DNA of 43,779 bases from NCBI GenBank assembly GCA_020047875.1, contig JAIFNE010000089.1, positions 1 to 43,779 on the forward strand, written 5' to 3'. Below are positions 8,985-19,563 of the stretch, in pieces (positions within the stretch are counted from its first letter, which is position 1; each line of letters starts with the position of its first letter). The notes under the pieces were generated by a model. It searched no databases, was not told where the DNA came from, and saw only the letters and a list, made by a program, of their open reading frames with translations. The DNA comes from Hydrogenophaga sp. Its GTDB lineage: Bacteria; Pseudomonadota; Gammaproteobacteria; Burkholderiales; Burkholderiaceae_C. A program made the position numbers and the translations under genes.

Positions 8985-10244
<1,260 letters not shown>

Positions 10245-10286
10245 GGGGACTCCAGTGAAAGGCAGAACTTGACAGGGTGTGGCGGT

Positions 10287-11372
10287 TCAGGCGGCGCTGG
10301 CAAAGCGCCAGGCCAGTTCGGCCAGCGGGCGGGCGCCGGCAGCGGAAGACACCGCCTGCGCACTGGACGCGGTGCCCGCCTCGACCCGCTTGGCAATGCC
10401 TTGCAGGATGGCCGCGAGCCGGAACAGGTTGTAGGCGAGGTAAAAATTCCAGTCGGCTTGCAGCTGCGCTGGGGTGGCAAAGCCGGTGCGCTCGCAGTAG
10501 CGCGCGATGTAGTCGGCCTCCAGCGGGATGCCGAGTGCCTGTACATCCAGTCCACCGATGCCCCGGAATGCGCCCGGCGGAATGTGCCAGGCCATGCAGT
10601 GGTAACTGAAATCGGCCAGCGGGTGGCCCAGGGTGGAGAGCTCCCAGTCGAGCACCGCCAGCACCCGCGGTTCGCTGGGGTGAAACATCAGGTTGTCCAG
10701 CCGGTAGTCGCCGTGCACCACCGACACCAGAGATTCGTCTCTCGCCATGGCGGGAATGTTCTGTGGCAGCCAGGCCATCAGCTCGTCCATGGCCGGGATC
10801 GGCTGCGTGATGGACGCCACATACTGCTTGCTCCAGCGGCCGATCTGGCGCTCGAAGTAGTTGCCGGGCTTGCCGTAGCCTTCCAGGCCCACCGCGCTGG
10901 GCTTGACCTTGTGAAGCTCGGCGAGTACGCGGTTCATCTCGTCGTAGACGGCTCCACGTGCTTCCCTGGGGAGATCGGGCAGGGACTGATCCCACATGAC
11001 CCGTCCGTTTACGCATTCCATGATGTAGAACGCGCGGCCAATCACCGCTTCGTCTTCGCACAAGGCAAACATCTTTGCCACCGGCACGCCGGTGCCCTGC
11101 AGCGCACGCATCACGCGGTACTCGCGTTCGATCGCGTGGGCCGACGGCAGCAATTTCGCCACGGGCCCCGGCTTGGCACGCATGACGTAAGCGGCGGCGG
11201 GTGTGATGAGCTTGTAAGTGGGGTTCGATTGCCCGCCCTTGAACATTTCCACCTGCAATGGTCCTTCGAAGCCAGGCACCTCGGTGCGCAGCCAGGCGCT
11301 AAGGGCGTCGATGTCGAAGGCGTGTTGCCCGGAGACCGGCCGCGTGCCGGTGAAGCTGTGCTGGTCGGTCAT
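10287..11372 (-). CDS. APH/phosphotransferase-family kinase (ACAD10/11 kinase domain-, LvaA-like)
   Basis: GGQSNPTY, HAIEREYRVM, HGDYRLDN and VLDWELSTLGHP motifs. Start ATG 11372. Confidence 0.9.
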   Translation of the reverse strand: MTDQHSFTGTRPVSGQHAFDIDALSAWLRTEVPGFEGPLQVEMFKGGQSNPTYKLITPAAAYVMRAKPGPVAKLLPSAHAIEREYRVMRALQGTGVPVAKMFALCEDEAVIGRAFYIMECVNGRVMWDQSLPDLPREARGAVYDEMNRVLAELHKVKPSAVGLEGYGKPGNYFERQIGRWSKQYVASITQPIPAMDELMAWLPQNIPAMARDESLVSVVHGDYRLDNLMFHPSEPRVLAVLDWELSTLGHPLADFSYHCMAWHIPPGAFRGIGGLDVQALGIPLEADYIARYCERTGFATPAQLQADWNFYLAYNLFRLAAILQGIAKRVEAGTASSAQAVSSAAGARPLAELAWRFASAA

Positions 11373-11418
11373 GGGCGGTGCGAGCAAATAGCAGGGCAGG
11401 CCCGCACGCGGGCGAAGG

Positions 11419-12138
11419 TCAGGACTCGGCTTCTGCGATGCGCATCAGCAGTTCGCGGTTGCGCACCACCAGGCCGCCTTGCTCGATGCGAATGGCGTCT
11501 TCCCGCTCCATTGACTTCAATTCCTGGTTGACCCGCTGGCGCGAAGCGCCGAGCAGTTGCGCCAGTTCTTCCTGCGCCAGTTGCAGGCCGATGCGCATCT
11601 CGTTGCCATCCGACAGGCAGGGCACGCCGTAGCTGCGCACCAAGTGCAGCAGCTGCTTGGCCAGGCGCGCGCGCAGCGGCAGGGTGTTGAGGTCTTCCAC
11701 CAGACCAAACAGCGTGCGGATGCGCCGCGCCTGCAGGCGCATCAGCGCCTCGTACAGCTCCACATGGGTGCTGAGGATTTTCTGGAAGTCGTTGCGCGCC
11801 ACGCAGAGCAGGGTGGTGGGGCCGTGCGCGTAGGCGTCGTGGGTGCGCTGGTCGCCGTCGAACATGGCCACATCGCCAAACCACACGCCGGGCTCCACAT
11901 ACGTCAGGGTGATCTGCTTGCCCGACAGCGAGGTCGAACTCACACGCACCGCGCCCTTGGCCACCGCTGTCCATTCGGTGGGTGGGTCGCCGCGGGCAAC
12001 GATGAGATCGCTGTCTTTGAATCGCTTGACGTAGGCGCATCGCAGGATGTCGTGACGAAGGGAGGGGGAAAGGCTGCTGAACCAGCGACCGCTGTTGATC
12101 GCCTCGCGTTCTTCCATTGTCAGAATCGGTTCGTCCAT
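11419..12138 (-). CDS. Crp/Fnr-family transcriptional regulator
   Basis: From MDEPILTMEE: cNMP-binding fold (PGVWFGDVAMFDGDQRTHDA) and HTH QEELAQLLGASRQRVNQEL. Confidence 0.9.
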   Translation of the reverse strand: MDEPILTMEEREAINSGRWFSSLSPSLRHDILRCAYVKRFKDSDLIVARGDPPTEWTAVAKGAVRVSSTSLSGKQITLTYVEPGVWFGDVAMFDGDQRTHDAYAHGPTTLLCVARNDFQKILSTHVELYEALMRLQARRIRTLFGLVEDLNTLPLRARLAKQLLHLVRSYGVPCLSDGNEMRIGLQLAQEELAQLLGASRQRVNQELKSMEREDAIRIEQGGLVVRNRELLMRIAEAES

Positions 12139-12271
12139 GGTCTGTCTTTTGAGTGACTGAAAGAGGAGCCATTGTCGCCACAGGGACCGGTGGCAACCGG
12201 CCAGCGGGCAACCAGAGGGTCGCGTGGGCGTCGCCAGCGTCGTGCGGGGTTGCGGGACGGTGCCCGGTGTG

Positions 12272-13051
12272 TCAGCGGTAGTGCGCTGGCCGCTTCCCGA
12301 GAAAGGCGGCAATGCCCTCGCCGCCGTTGGCGTGGAACAGATTGCGCACGAAGTGGTCGCGCTCCAACCCGAGCTGGTGGTGCAGCGAAGCGTGGGGCGC
12401 CTCGTTAACCAGTTCTTTGATGCTGGCCAGCGCATTGGGCGCGCGCGCGTTGAGGCGTTCGCACAGCGCCAGCGCGTCGTCGAGTGCGGCACCGGCGGCG
12501 CTCACCGCGTTGATCAGGCCGAGCTGCTGCAGCCGCGCGGGTTCGATGCGTTCGCCGAGCATGAGCAGTTGCAAGCTGGTGGCGCGCGGGAGTGCCTGCA
12601 TCAGGCTCCAGCTGGCGCCGCCATCGGGCGACAGCGCCAGGTTGCTGTAGGCCATGACAAAGACGCTGTTTTGGGCCGCCACGATCAGGTCGCAGGCCAG
12701 CGCCAGCGAGAAACCCGCGCCGGCGCACGAGCCTTCCACCGCCGCCACCACGGGTTTGGGGAAGCTGCGGATGGTCTCGATCCAGTTGTGCAGACTTTCG
12801 ATACTTTGCGACTGAACCGCTGGCGCTTCCTGCCGGTTGGCCTGTAGGCGCTGCAGGTCGCCGCCCGCGCAGAAATGCGCGCCCTCGCCGGTGATCACCA
12901 CGCTGCGCACCTCCGCGCTGCCCTCGGCCACGTTGAGAGCCTCCACGCCGGCGGCGTAGATGTCGGGGCCGAGCGCGTTGCGGTGTTCGGGGTTGCTGAT
13001 GGTCAGCACCATGGTCTGGCCATGGCTGTGGCTCTTGAGGCTGGCGGTCAT
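12272..13051 (-). CDS. Enoyl-CoA hydratase/isomerase family (crotonase fold; possibly the alternative oxepin-CoA hydrolase type)
   Basis: FCAGGDL, PKPVVAAVEGSCAGAGFSLALACD and LSPDGGAS motifs. Confidence 0.88.
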   Translation of the reverse strand: MTASLKSHSHGQTMVLTISNPEHRNALGPDIYAAGVEALNVAEGSAEVRSVVITGEGAHFCAGGDLQRLQANRQEAPAVQSQSIESLHNWIETIRSFPKPVVAAVEGSCAGAGFSLALACDLIVAAQNSVFVMAYSNLALSPDGGASWSLMQALPRATSLQLLMLGERIEPARLQQLGLINAVSAAGAALDDALALCERLNARAPNALASIKELVNEAPHASLHHQLGLERDHFVRNLFHANGGEGIAAFLGKRPAHYR

Positions 13052-13175
13052 GGATGTTGCTAACAGCTGGGAGGTTGACGTGAAGTGTCTGGGATCAGCA
13101 CAGGCGGTGGCGCCAGTTTCGCCGGGTCACAGGCGCAGCTCTTTGGGGGAGACGACGCGCAGCAGCGCAGGGCAG

Positions 13176-14696
13176 TCATTCCTCTTCCTGCAGCAGACTC
13201 AACCCGAGCGCGCCACGACGGCGTAACCAGGGCGAAGGGCGGTAGCGTGGATCGCCATAGACGGTTTGCAGGTTGAACAGGATCTCAAGCACATTGGCGG
13301 GCCCGATGCGGTCGCCCATGGCGAGCGGCCCCAGCGGGTAACCCAGGCCGAGCGTGACCGCAAGGTCGAGGTCGGCGGGAGAGCAAACGCCTTGCTGGCA
13401 CATGTCGGCGGCGATGTTGACGATGGTTGCCACCACGCGCTGGGTCACGAAACCACCGCTGTCGCGGATCACGCTCACGGCCTTGCCGTCCCGGGCAAAC
13501 AGAGCGTGCGCGGCATTGCGCATGTCGCGCCGGGTGGCGGGGTTGGTGGCGAGCACCCGGCGGCGCGTGGTGTTGTCGTCGAGCATCATGTCGATGCCAA
13601 CGGTGCGCGCGGGATCCAGCCGCTCGACGGCGGCCAGTGTGGTCACGTCCAGGCCCAGCGGCGCCACCAAGATGAGCGCCGAAGCGCAGGGAATCGAACT
13701 GGTCTCGATGGTCGCACCCAGCTGTTTGAGCAGCTGATAAAGCTCCACGCGGCGCGCTGCCTTGGGCGACACCCAGACGGGCGGTAGCGTGGCGATGTCG
13801 GGCACCGTTGGCTCGGGCAGGGACTGCGCCACGCCCTCGGCGTAAGCGTAAAAACCAGCCCCGACTTTCTTTCCCAGCAGTCCACCGGCCAGACGCTGCG
13901 CGGTGATCACGCTGGGGCGATAGCGCGGCTCTTCGAAGTACTGGTGGTAAATCGTCTCCATCACCGGATGGGACACGTCGAGCCCGGTGAGGTCCATCAG
14001 CTCAAACGGACCGAGGCGAAAACCCATCTGGTCTTTCAGAATGCGGTCGGTGGTGGCGAAATCCGCCACGCGCTCGCCCACCACGCGCAAGGCCTCGGTA
14101 CCGTAGCCCCGCCCCGCATGGTTGACGATAAAGCCGGGCGTGTCTTGTGCCGATACCGGTGCATGACCAAACTGCCGTGCATACGCCGCGAGGCGCTCGC
14201 AGACCTGAACTGCGGTGTGCACCCCTGCGATCACCTCGACCACCCGCATCAGCGGAACCGGGTTGAAGAAGTGATAACCCGCGAGGCGCTCTGGTCGCAG
14301 CAGCCCAGCGCCGATCGCGGTGACCGACAGCGAGGAGGTGTTGGTCGCCAGCACCGTGCCGGGCTGCACCAGAGCTTCCAGCTCGGCAAACAGCAGGCGC
14401 TTCACGTCCAGCCGCTCCACCACCGCCTCGATCACCAGCTGGCAGGCAGACAGCGCAGCCAAGCTGTCCACCGCGTCAACCCGCGCCAGGTAGGCCTGGG
14501 CCTGGGCCGCCTCCAGTTTTCCTTTGTTCACCAGCGTGGCCCAGGTGGTCTGCAGCGCGCTGCGTGCGGCCTCGGCAGCCCCTGGCTGTGTGTCGTACAA
14601 CAACACCTGACTGCCGGCCTGGGCAGCCATTTGGGCGATGCCCCGGCCCATGGCGCCCGTGCCAACAAGGCCTGTCGTGTGGAATATGACTTGCAT
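13176..14696 (-). CDS. 3-hydroxyacyl-CoA dehydrogenase (PaaH-like, duplicated C-terminal domain)
   Basis: GTGAMGRGIA NAD-binding motif, NTSSLS, HFFNPVPLM, DTPGFIVN. Start ATG 14696. Confidence 0.9.
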   Translation of the reverse strand: MQVIFHTTGLVGTGAMGRGIAQMAAQAGSQVLLYDTQPGAAEAARSALQTTWATLVNKGKLEAAQAQAYLARVDAVDSLAALSACQLVIEAVVERLDVKRLLFAELEALVQPGTVLATNTSSLSVTAIGAGLLRPERLAGYHFFNPVPLMRVVEVIAGVHTAVQVCERLAAYARQFGHAPVSAQDTPGFIVNHAGRGYGTEALRVVGERVADFATTDRILKDQMGFRLGPFELMDLTGLDVSHPVMETIYHQYFEEPRYRPSVITAQRLAGGLLGKKVGAGFYAYAEGVAQSLPEPTVPDIATLPPVWVSPKAARRVELYQLLKQLGATIETSSIPCASALILVAPLGLDVTTLAAVERLDPARTVGIDMMLDDNTTRRRVLATNPATRRDMRNAAHALFARDGKAVSVIRDSGGFVTQRVVATIVNIAADMCQQGVCSPADLDLAVTLGLGYPLGPLAMGDRIGPANVLEILFNLQTVYGDPRYRPSPWLRRRGALGLSLLQEEE

Positions 14697-14770
14697 ACGG
14701 GGATTTGAATGGTGGGAGCGGGTTGGACCTATGCCAAAATATTCGCTCAATGTAAACAAAGGTTCCTGAC

Positions 14771-16885
14771 GTGCGCCAAATTTCGATAGGCGGGATTTTG
14801 CTATCAACTGCCCTGAGCAGTTCGGCGATCACCTTGGGGCACCACAGTGGAGCGGCTGTGCTCGGCCGCCCGCTTGACATGCGGGTCGAGGCGATTCTGG
14901 CACCAGGCGAGGGCGAGACAGATATCTGCCTCAACGCAGTTGTGCTTTACGGTGAAACCCGGCTCGTGCCATCCGCCGTCCGCGCCAACTTGCAGCGCGC
15001 CATGCCCGACGCGCAGGCTTCGGTGCGCATCCAGGCGACGGTACCGATCGACGAACCGGTGGTCACCGTGGAGTTACGTGCGGGTTGTACCGCAGCGTTC
15101 ACCCGGCGCTACGTCTTGTTGGCAGATCCCGTGAGCGAGCCGACGCAGTCCAACGCATCGCAGGAGGCGGCCAGCACAACCTCGGCCCGGCCGCTACCCG
15201 ATGTGTCCGCCATTGCTGGCGATGCCTTGCCCGCGCCGGTCGCCAGTGCGCCCGGGAGCGATCCGGCTGCGCCAAACCCCGCGGGAGATGTGCGGGCGCC
15301 ACGGGCAGCTGCGGATCGCCCCCGGCCCCCGGCCCGTACGTCGCCACCCCGATCCAGTCGCGTGGTGAGCGAGCGGGCTGTGCCGCCGCCTGCGCCGCCG
15401 CCTGCGCCACGCCTTCAGCTCGATGCCATTGATCTGAGCCCGGTGACCAAGGGCGATCCGGCGCCCAAGCTTCCCCCCTCACTGGTGAGCGAGCCCGCCA
15501 GCACGGACGTGGCGAGCGCGGCAGCAGGCGGTCTGTTGGGTGCCCCGAATACATCTTCGGAGGATGCGGTTCGCGATGCGGAAAAGCTCGCGGCATTGAC
15601 CGCCGAGGTCAATGCGTTGCGTGCGTCGCAGTCCGACAGCCAGGCCACCATCAGCGAGCTGTCTTCCCGTGTGGAGCAGTCGCGGCAATGGCAGTGGCTG
15701 ACTTACGGCCTGGGGGCGTTGCTGGCGCTGGCGCTGATGGCCCTGCTGCGTCTGTGGCGTCGGCAGAAAGCCCGCTCACAATTCGCCGACGAAAAAGCGT
15801 GGTGGGCGCAGGAAGATGCAACGAAGCGCCCCGCGTCGCCCGCTGTGCAGCCGTCAGGTGCTTCCAAATCCGAATCCCCTGTCGACGATCTCGATCTCGA
15901 CCTCGACCTGACCCCGGAAGCTGCGCCTTCACGTATGCCGCTATCGCGAGCCGCCCAGCTCGAAGCCAGCGCGAAAATGGACGATATCGACGTCGATCTG
16001 GATATCGACAGCACGCCAGGCCCCTTGGCAGCCGACCGGGTGGATTTTGTGGGAAGCCAGGCCGCTTCGCGATCCGTGGCGGCCGAAGAGCTCTTCGATG
16101 TTCAGCAGCAGGCCGATTTTTTCATCTCCCTCGGGCAGGACGAGCAAGCCATCAAGGTGCTGTGCGACCACATCGCCGAGAGCCAGGTGCCCAGCCCGCT
16201 GGCCTATCTCGATTTGCTCAAGATCTATCACCGGCTGGAACGTCGAGACGACTACGAACGTCTACGCGCCGATTTCAACGGCATGTTCAACGCCGGCGCG
16301 CCAGCCTTTGACCAGTTCAGCGACGAGGGTCGGGGGCTGGAATTCTACGAACGCGCGCTGGCACGCATTCAGGCCCTGTGGCCAGAGCCCCGCGTGCTCG
16401 ACGTGATCGAGCAGTCCATCTTCCGTGAGGTGGGTGACCCGCAGGCCGAGGTTTTCGACCTTGAGGCCTACCGCGAACTGCTGCTGCTGTACGCGATGGC
16501 CAAGGAAATGATCGAGCGCCAGGCGGTTGACTCCAAGGTACCCAAGGACTTCGAGAACACCAAAGTGCAGGCGCTCAAGGCCACGGTGCGGCGTGGTGGC
16601 ATGTCTCGGAACGACCGTCCGGGCGGTGCCATGACGCTGCCGATGGAGCAACAACCACCAGCCTCGCCTAACCTGGGGCTGGACGTGAACCTGGACGACC
16701 TCTCCGAGTTCTCTGCGTTCGAGGCCTCTTTGCCAGAGGTGGATGTGCCGGTGGGAACGTCCATGTCCCAAGGTGGGAGTCGCGACGATGACAACAACCT
16801 GCAGCTGATCGATTTCGACGTGCTCGACTTCGCACCGCCAGACGAGACGGCGCCGAACCAGACGCCCGGCAAAAAGAAGCCCTGA
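14771..16885 (+). CDS. FimV/HubP-like polar landmark protein
   Basis: Signal peptide; FimV-like N-domain (LGRPLDMRV...RRYVLLADP); Pro/Ala linker; coiled coil; one TM (WLTYGLGALLALALMALL); acidic cytoplasmic region with TPR-like QQADFFISLGQDEQAI. Confidence 0.65.
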   Translation: MRQISIGGILLSTALSSSAITLGHHSGAAVLGRPLDMRVEAILAPGEGETDICLNAVVLYGETRLVPSAVRANLQRAMPDAQASVRIQATVPIDEPVVTVELRAGCTAAFTRRYVLLADPVSEPTQSNASQEAASTTSARPLPDVSAIAGDALPAPVASAPGSDPAAPNPAGDVRAPRAAADRPRPPARTSPPRSSRVVSERAVPPPAPPPAPRLQLDAIDLSPVTKGDPAPKLPPSLVSEPASTDVASAAAGGLLGAPNTSSEDAVRDAEKLAALTAEVNALRASQSDSQATISELSSRVEQSRQWQWLTYGLGALLALALMALLRLWRRQKARSQFADEKAWWAQEDATKRPASPAVQPSGASKSESPVDDLDLDLDLTPEAAPSRMPLSRAAQLEASAKMDDIDVDLDIDSTPGPLAADRVDFVGSQAASRSVAAEELFDVQQQADFFISLGQDEQAIKVLCDHIAESQVPSPLAYLDLLKIYHRLERRDDYERLRADFNGMFNAGAPAFDQFSDEGRGLEFYERALARIQALWPEPRVLDVIEQSIFREVGDPQAEVFDLEAYRELLLLYAMAKEMIERQAVDSKVPKDFENTKVQALKATVRRGGMSRNDRPGGAMTLPMEQQPPASPNLGLDVNLDDLSEFSAFEASLPEVDVPVGTSMSQGGSRDDDNNLQLIDFDVLDFAPPDETAPNQTPGKKKP

Positions 16886-17000
16886 TCGATCAGGGCGCCG
16901 CCAAGGGTCGCGCAGCGATGCTGCGTCTGCAGGGCCACCAATCCTCGGTGGTAAGTCTTTGGGTTTCTGCCCAGGTGCGAGGCCGCAGACGGGTCCAGTT

Positions 17001-18008
17001 TCAGCGGCGAACCTGTAGCGCGCCCGGGTTCACGATGTTGGTGGGGGTTCCCTTGATGAAATTCACCACATTGTCAAAAGCTGCCGAAAAATACGTTTCA
17101 TAGCTTTCCTGCTCGACGAAACCGATGTGCGGCGTGCAGATGCAGTTCTCCAGCCGCAGCAGCGCATGGCCCTGCAAAATGGGTTCGGACTCGAACACAT
17201 CGACCGCAGCCAAGCCCGGGCGTCCACGATTCAGCGCCGCCAACAGAGCCTCGGGTTGTATCAGCTCGGCGCGCGAGGTATTGACCAGCAAGGCGGTCGG
17301 CTTCATGCGTGAGAGGTCCTCCAGTGTCACGCAGCCCGTGTTGCCCGCACTCAGTCGAAGATGCAGCGTGAGCACATCGGACGATTCAAAAAATTCTTCT
17401 TTGCTGGTGGCCACGTCAAAGCCGTCGGCAGCGGCCAGTGCCCGTGATGCATCGCTGCCCCAGATCACGACGCGCATGCCGAACGCACGCCCGTAGTTGG
17501 CGACCAGTTGACCGATACGGCCGTAGCTCCAGATGCCCAGGGTCTTGCCGCGCAACACCATGCCGACGCCAAAATTGGCCGGCATGGAGGCCGCTTTCAA
17601 CCCCGCCTGTTGCCAGGCCCCGTGCTTGAGATTGGCTGCGTAATGCGGAATGCGACGCATGGCGGACATGATCAATGCCCAGGTGAGTTCTGCGGTGGAA
17701 TAGGGCGAGCCCGCACCCTCGGCCACCGCAATACCCCGCTCGGTACAGGCCCCGACATCGACGTGGGCGCCGACCTTCCCGGTTTGCGCGATCAGCTTCA
17801 GGCGAGGCAGTTTGGCGAGCAGCTGGGCACTGATGTGGGTGCGTTCGCGAATCAGCACCAGCACATCGGCATCTTTCAGGCGCACCGACAGCTGTCCAAC
17901 ACCCTTGACGGTATTGGTGAAAACCTTGGCTGGATAAGGCTCCAGTTTGGCTGCGCACGGCAGCTTTCGCACGGCGTCCTGATAGTCATCGAGTATCACG
18001 ATATTCAT
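17001..18008 (-). CDS. D-2-hydroxyacid dehydrogenase family protein
   Basis: MNIVILDDYQ, LIRERT, GIWSYGRIG, LVNTSRAELI, DVFESEP and TPHIG motifs. Confidence 0.9.
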   Translation of the reverse strand: MNIVILDDYQDAVRKLPCAAKLEPYPAKVFTNTVKGVGQLSVRLKDADVLVLIRERTHISAQLLAKLPRLKLIAQTGKVGAHVDVGACTERGIAVAEGAGSPYSTAELTWALIMSAMRRIPHYAANLKHGAWQQAGLKAASMPANFGVGMVLRGKTLGIWSYGRIGQLVANYGRAFGMRVVIWGSDASRALAAADGFDVATSKEEFFESSDVLTLHLRLSAGNTGCVTLEDLSRMKPTALLVNTSRAELIQPEALLAALNRGRPGLAAVDVFESEPILQGHALLRLENCICTPHIGFVEQESYETYFSAAFDNVVNFIKGTPTNIVNPGALQVRR

Positions 18009-18311
18009 GCGGGCTATTGTGCCCGCATGGGTTGACACCGAATCGCAAACAGGATTCCAGACACTCCGTGCCGCCCGGATTGCTGCGCCCGATCAGGGCT
18101 TCGCTGGCGCGGCGGCGCGCCGGGCTGAATGTCTCAGAGGACGCGGGTTTCTTGAGCGCTGTTGAGCGATGTACCCCACAGCGTCCGATCGCGGCGCAAA
18201 GCGCCAACATCATCCTTGCTGTAACGAGCATTTGGGCCAACGTGCGGGTGCTGCTTGGCCTGATGGGCAGATCGGATCGAAAGGCTCTCGGCCTCTTCAC
18301 TTCTCCGCAGC

Positions 18312-18671
18312 TCAGGCACCGGGTTTGCGCTGCTGCTGTTCCATCGCAACCAGCCGGTCAAGCTCGGCGCACACATCGCTGATCCGGCCGGCGATGACAA
18401 GCCGGCTGTCTGCGCCCCACGATTCGAGACGGCCGCCCCGCCTCACCGAGATGCCGCTGGGCACCGACTTGGGTGGGGTGGATCGCTCGGTGACGGGTGT
18501 GGGCCTCTCGGTGCGCGATGGCGGGCGCCGCCCGAGCCAGCCAGCGCGTACAAAACGCTGCAGGACCGCTGGTTGTGGGCGCCTCGCTGGCGCCTCGGTG
18601 CGTGGGGGTAGCCAGCTGCTGATCGTGAGCAAGGGTGCTCGCCAGGTGCTGGTATTGAAGAGGATTCCCAT
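18312..18671 (-). CDS. Hypothetical protein downstream of lexA
   Basis: GGAG SD before ATG 18671; C-terminal segment RLVIAGRISDVCAELDRL recalled from betaproteobacterial hypotheticals; same strand as lexA. Confidence 0.6.
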   Translation of the reverse strand: MGILFNTSTWRAPLLTISSWLPPRTEAPARRPQPAVLQRFVRAGWLGRRPPSRTERPTPVTERSTPPKSVPSGISVRRGGRLESWGADSRLVIAGRISDVCAELDRLVAMEQQQRKPGA

Positions 18672-18807
18672 GTGAAACTCCAAAGGTAGGGGTTGGACAC
18701 AGGCAGGATTGCAAAGGAATTCGCCACTGCGGGGATGGATCGAGCGAAGGCTTTGCCCGCTCGATCAAACGCCCGCCACCCGCGGCAGCGACAGATCAGG
18801 GATCGGA

Positions 18808-19494
18808 TCAGCTGGCGAAGCTGTTGCGGATCAGGCCGACCGCCAGGCCTTCGATTTCGAAGGGCTCTCCAGGCTCGACCACGATGGTCTTAAAGTCCGG
18901 GTTTTCGGCGCGCAGTTCGATGCGATCGGTCTGCCGCATGAAACGCTTGACCGTCACGTCTTCACCCAGCCGAGCCACGATAATCTGGCCGTTTTTGGCC
19001 TCCTTGACCGACTGCACCGCCAGCAAGTCGCCGTCAAGAATGCCGACGTCCCGCATGGACATACCGCGCACTTTCAGCAGGTAATCAGGCGCGCGCTGGA
19101 ACAGTCCACGCTCCAGCTGGTAGGTTTGTTCAACATGCTCCTGGGCCAGGATCGGTGAGCCAGCGGCCACCCGTCCAATGAGTGGCAGCATCAGCTGGGC
19201 CAAACCGGGTAAGGGCAGGGTAAGCTGATGTGATCGGGCCGCGTTGATCGACTGCAGGTCTTCACGCCGCAATCGAATGCCGCGCGAGGTACCGCTCACC
19301 AACTCAATCACGCCCTTGCGAGCCAGCGCCTGCAGGTGTTCCTCGGCGGCGTTGGCAGACTTGAAGCCGAGTTCCGTGGCGATCTCAGCGCGGGTGGGCG
19401 GCGCACCGGTGCGGGCAATGGCTCTCTGGATCAACTCCAGAATCTGTTGCTGGCGGGCGGTGAGCTTTGGGGCGGCGGGGTGCGGGTCGTTCAT
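18808..19494 (-). CDS. lexA: SOS repressor LexA
   Basis: [21 protein letters not shown] cleavage site, GMSMRD (catalytic Ser), VTVKR (catalytic Lys). Confidence 0.97.
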   Translation of the reverse strand: MNDPHPAAPKLTARQQQILELIQRAIARTGAPPTRAEIATELGFKSANAAEEHLQALARKGVIELVSGTSRGIRLRREDLQSINAARSHQLTLPLPGLAQLMLPLIGRVAAGSPILAQEHVEQTYQLERGLFQRAPDYLLKVRGMSMRDVGILDGDLLAVQSVKEAKNGQIIVARLGEDVTVKRFMRQTDRIELRAENPDFKTIVVEPGEPFEIEGLAVGLIRNSFAS

Positions 19495-19511
19495 GGTGGT
19501 CTCGCAGTGAG

Positions 19512-19546
19512 CTGTTTCTATATCCAGTACATGTATTTTTAACCAG
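19512..19546. promoter_or_regulatory. Tandem LexA (SOS) boxes
   Basis: CTG-TTTCTATATC-CAG (19512-19527) fits CTG-N10-CAG exactly; ATG-TATTTTTAAC-CAG (19531-19546) has one mismatch. Directly upstream of lexA. Confidence 0.85.
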
Positions 19547-19563
19547 CTTCAAGGAATTGGCAA

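Noticed and set aside
10287-11372. Aminoglycoside resistance interpretation of the APH-family gene
   Set aside because: Motifs and ACAD linkage fit the metabolic ACAD10/11-LvaA subfamily.
15380-15410. GCCGCCGCCTGC tandem repeat and GATCTC runs in the FimV-like gene
   Set aside because: Low-complexity coding sequence (PPPA, DL repeats).
18022-18311. Possible riboswitch or small ORF upstream of the hydroxyacid dehydrogenase
   Set aside because: No recognisable aptamer consensus; a -10 hexamer right before the ATG suggests no long leader. An Rfam scan would settle it.
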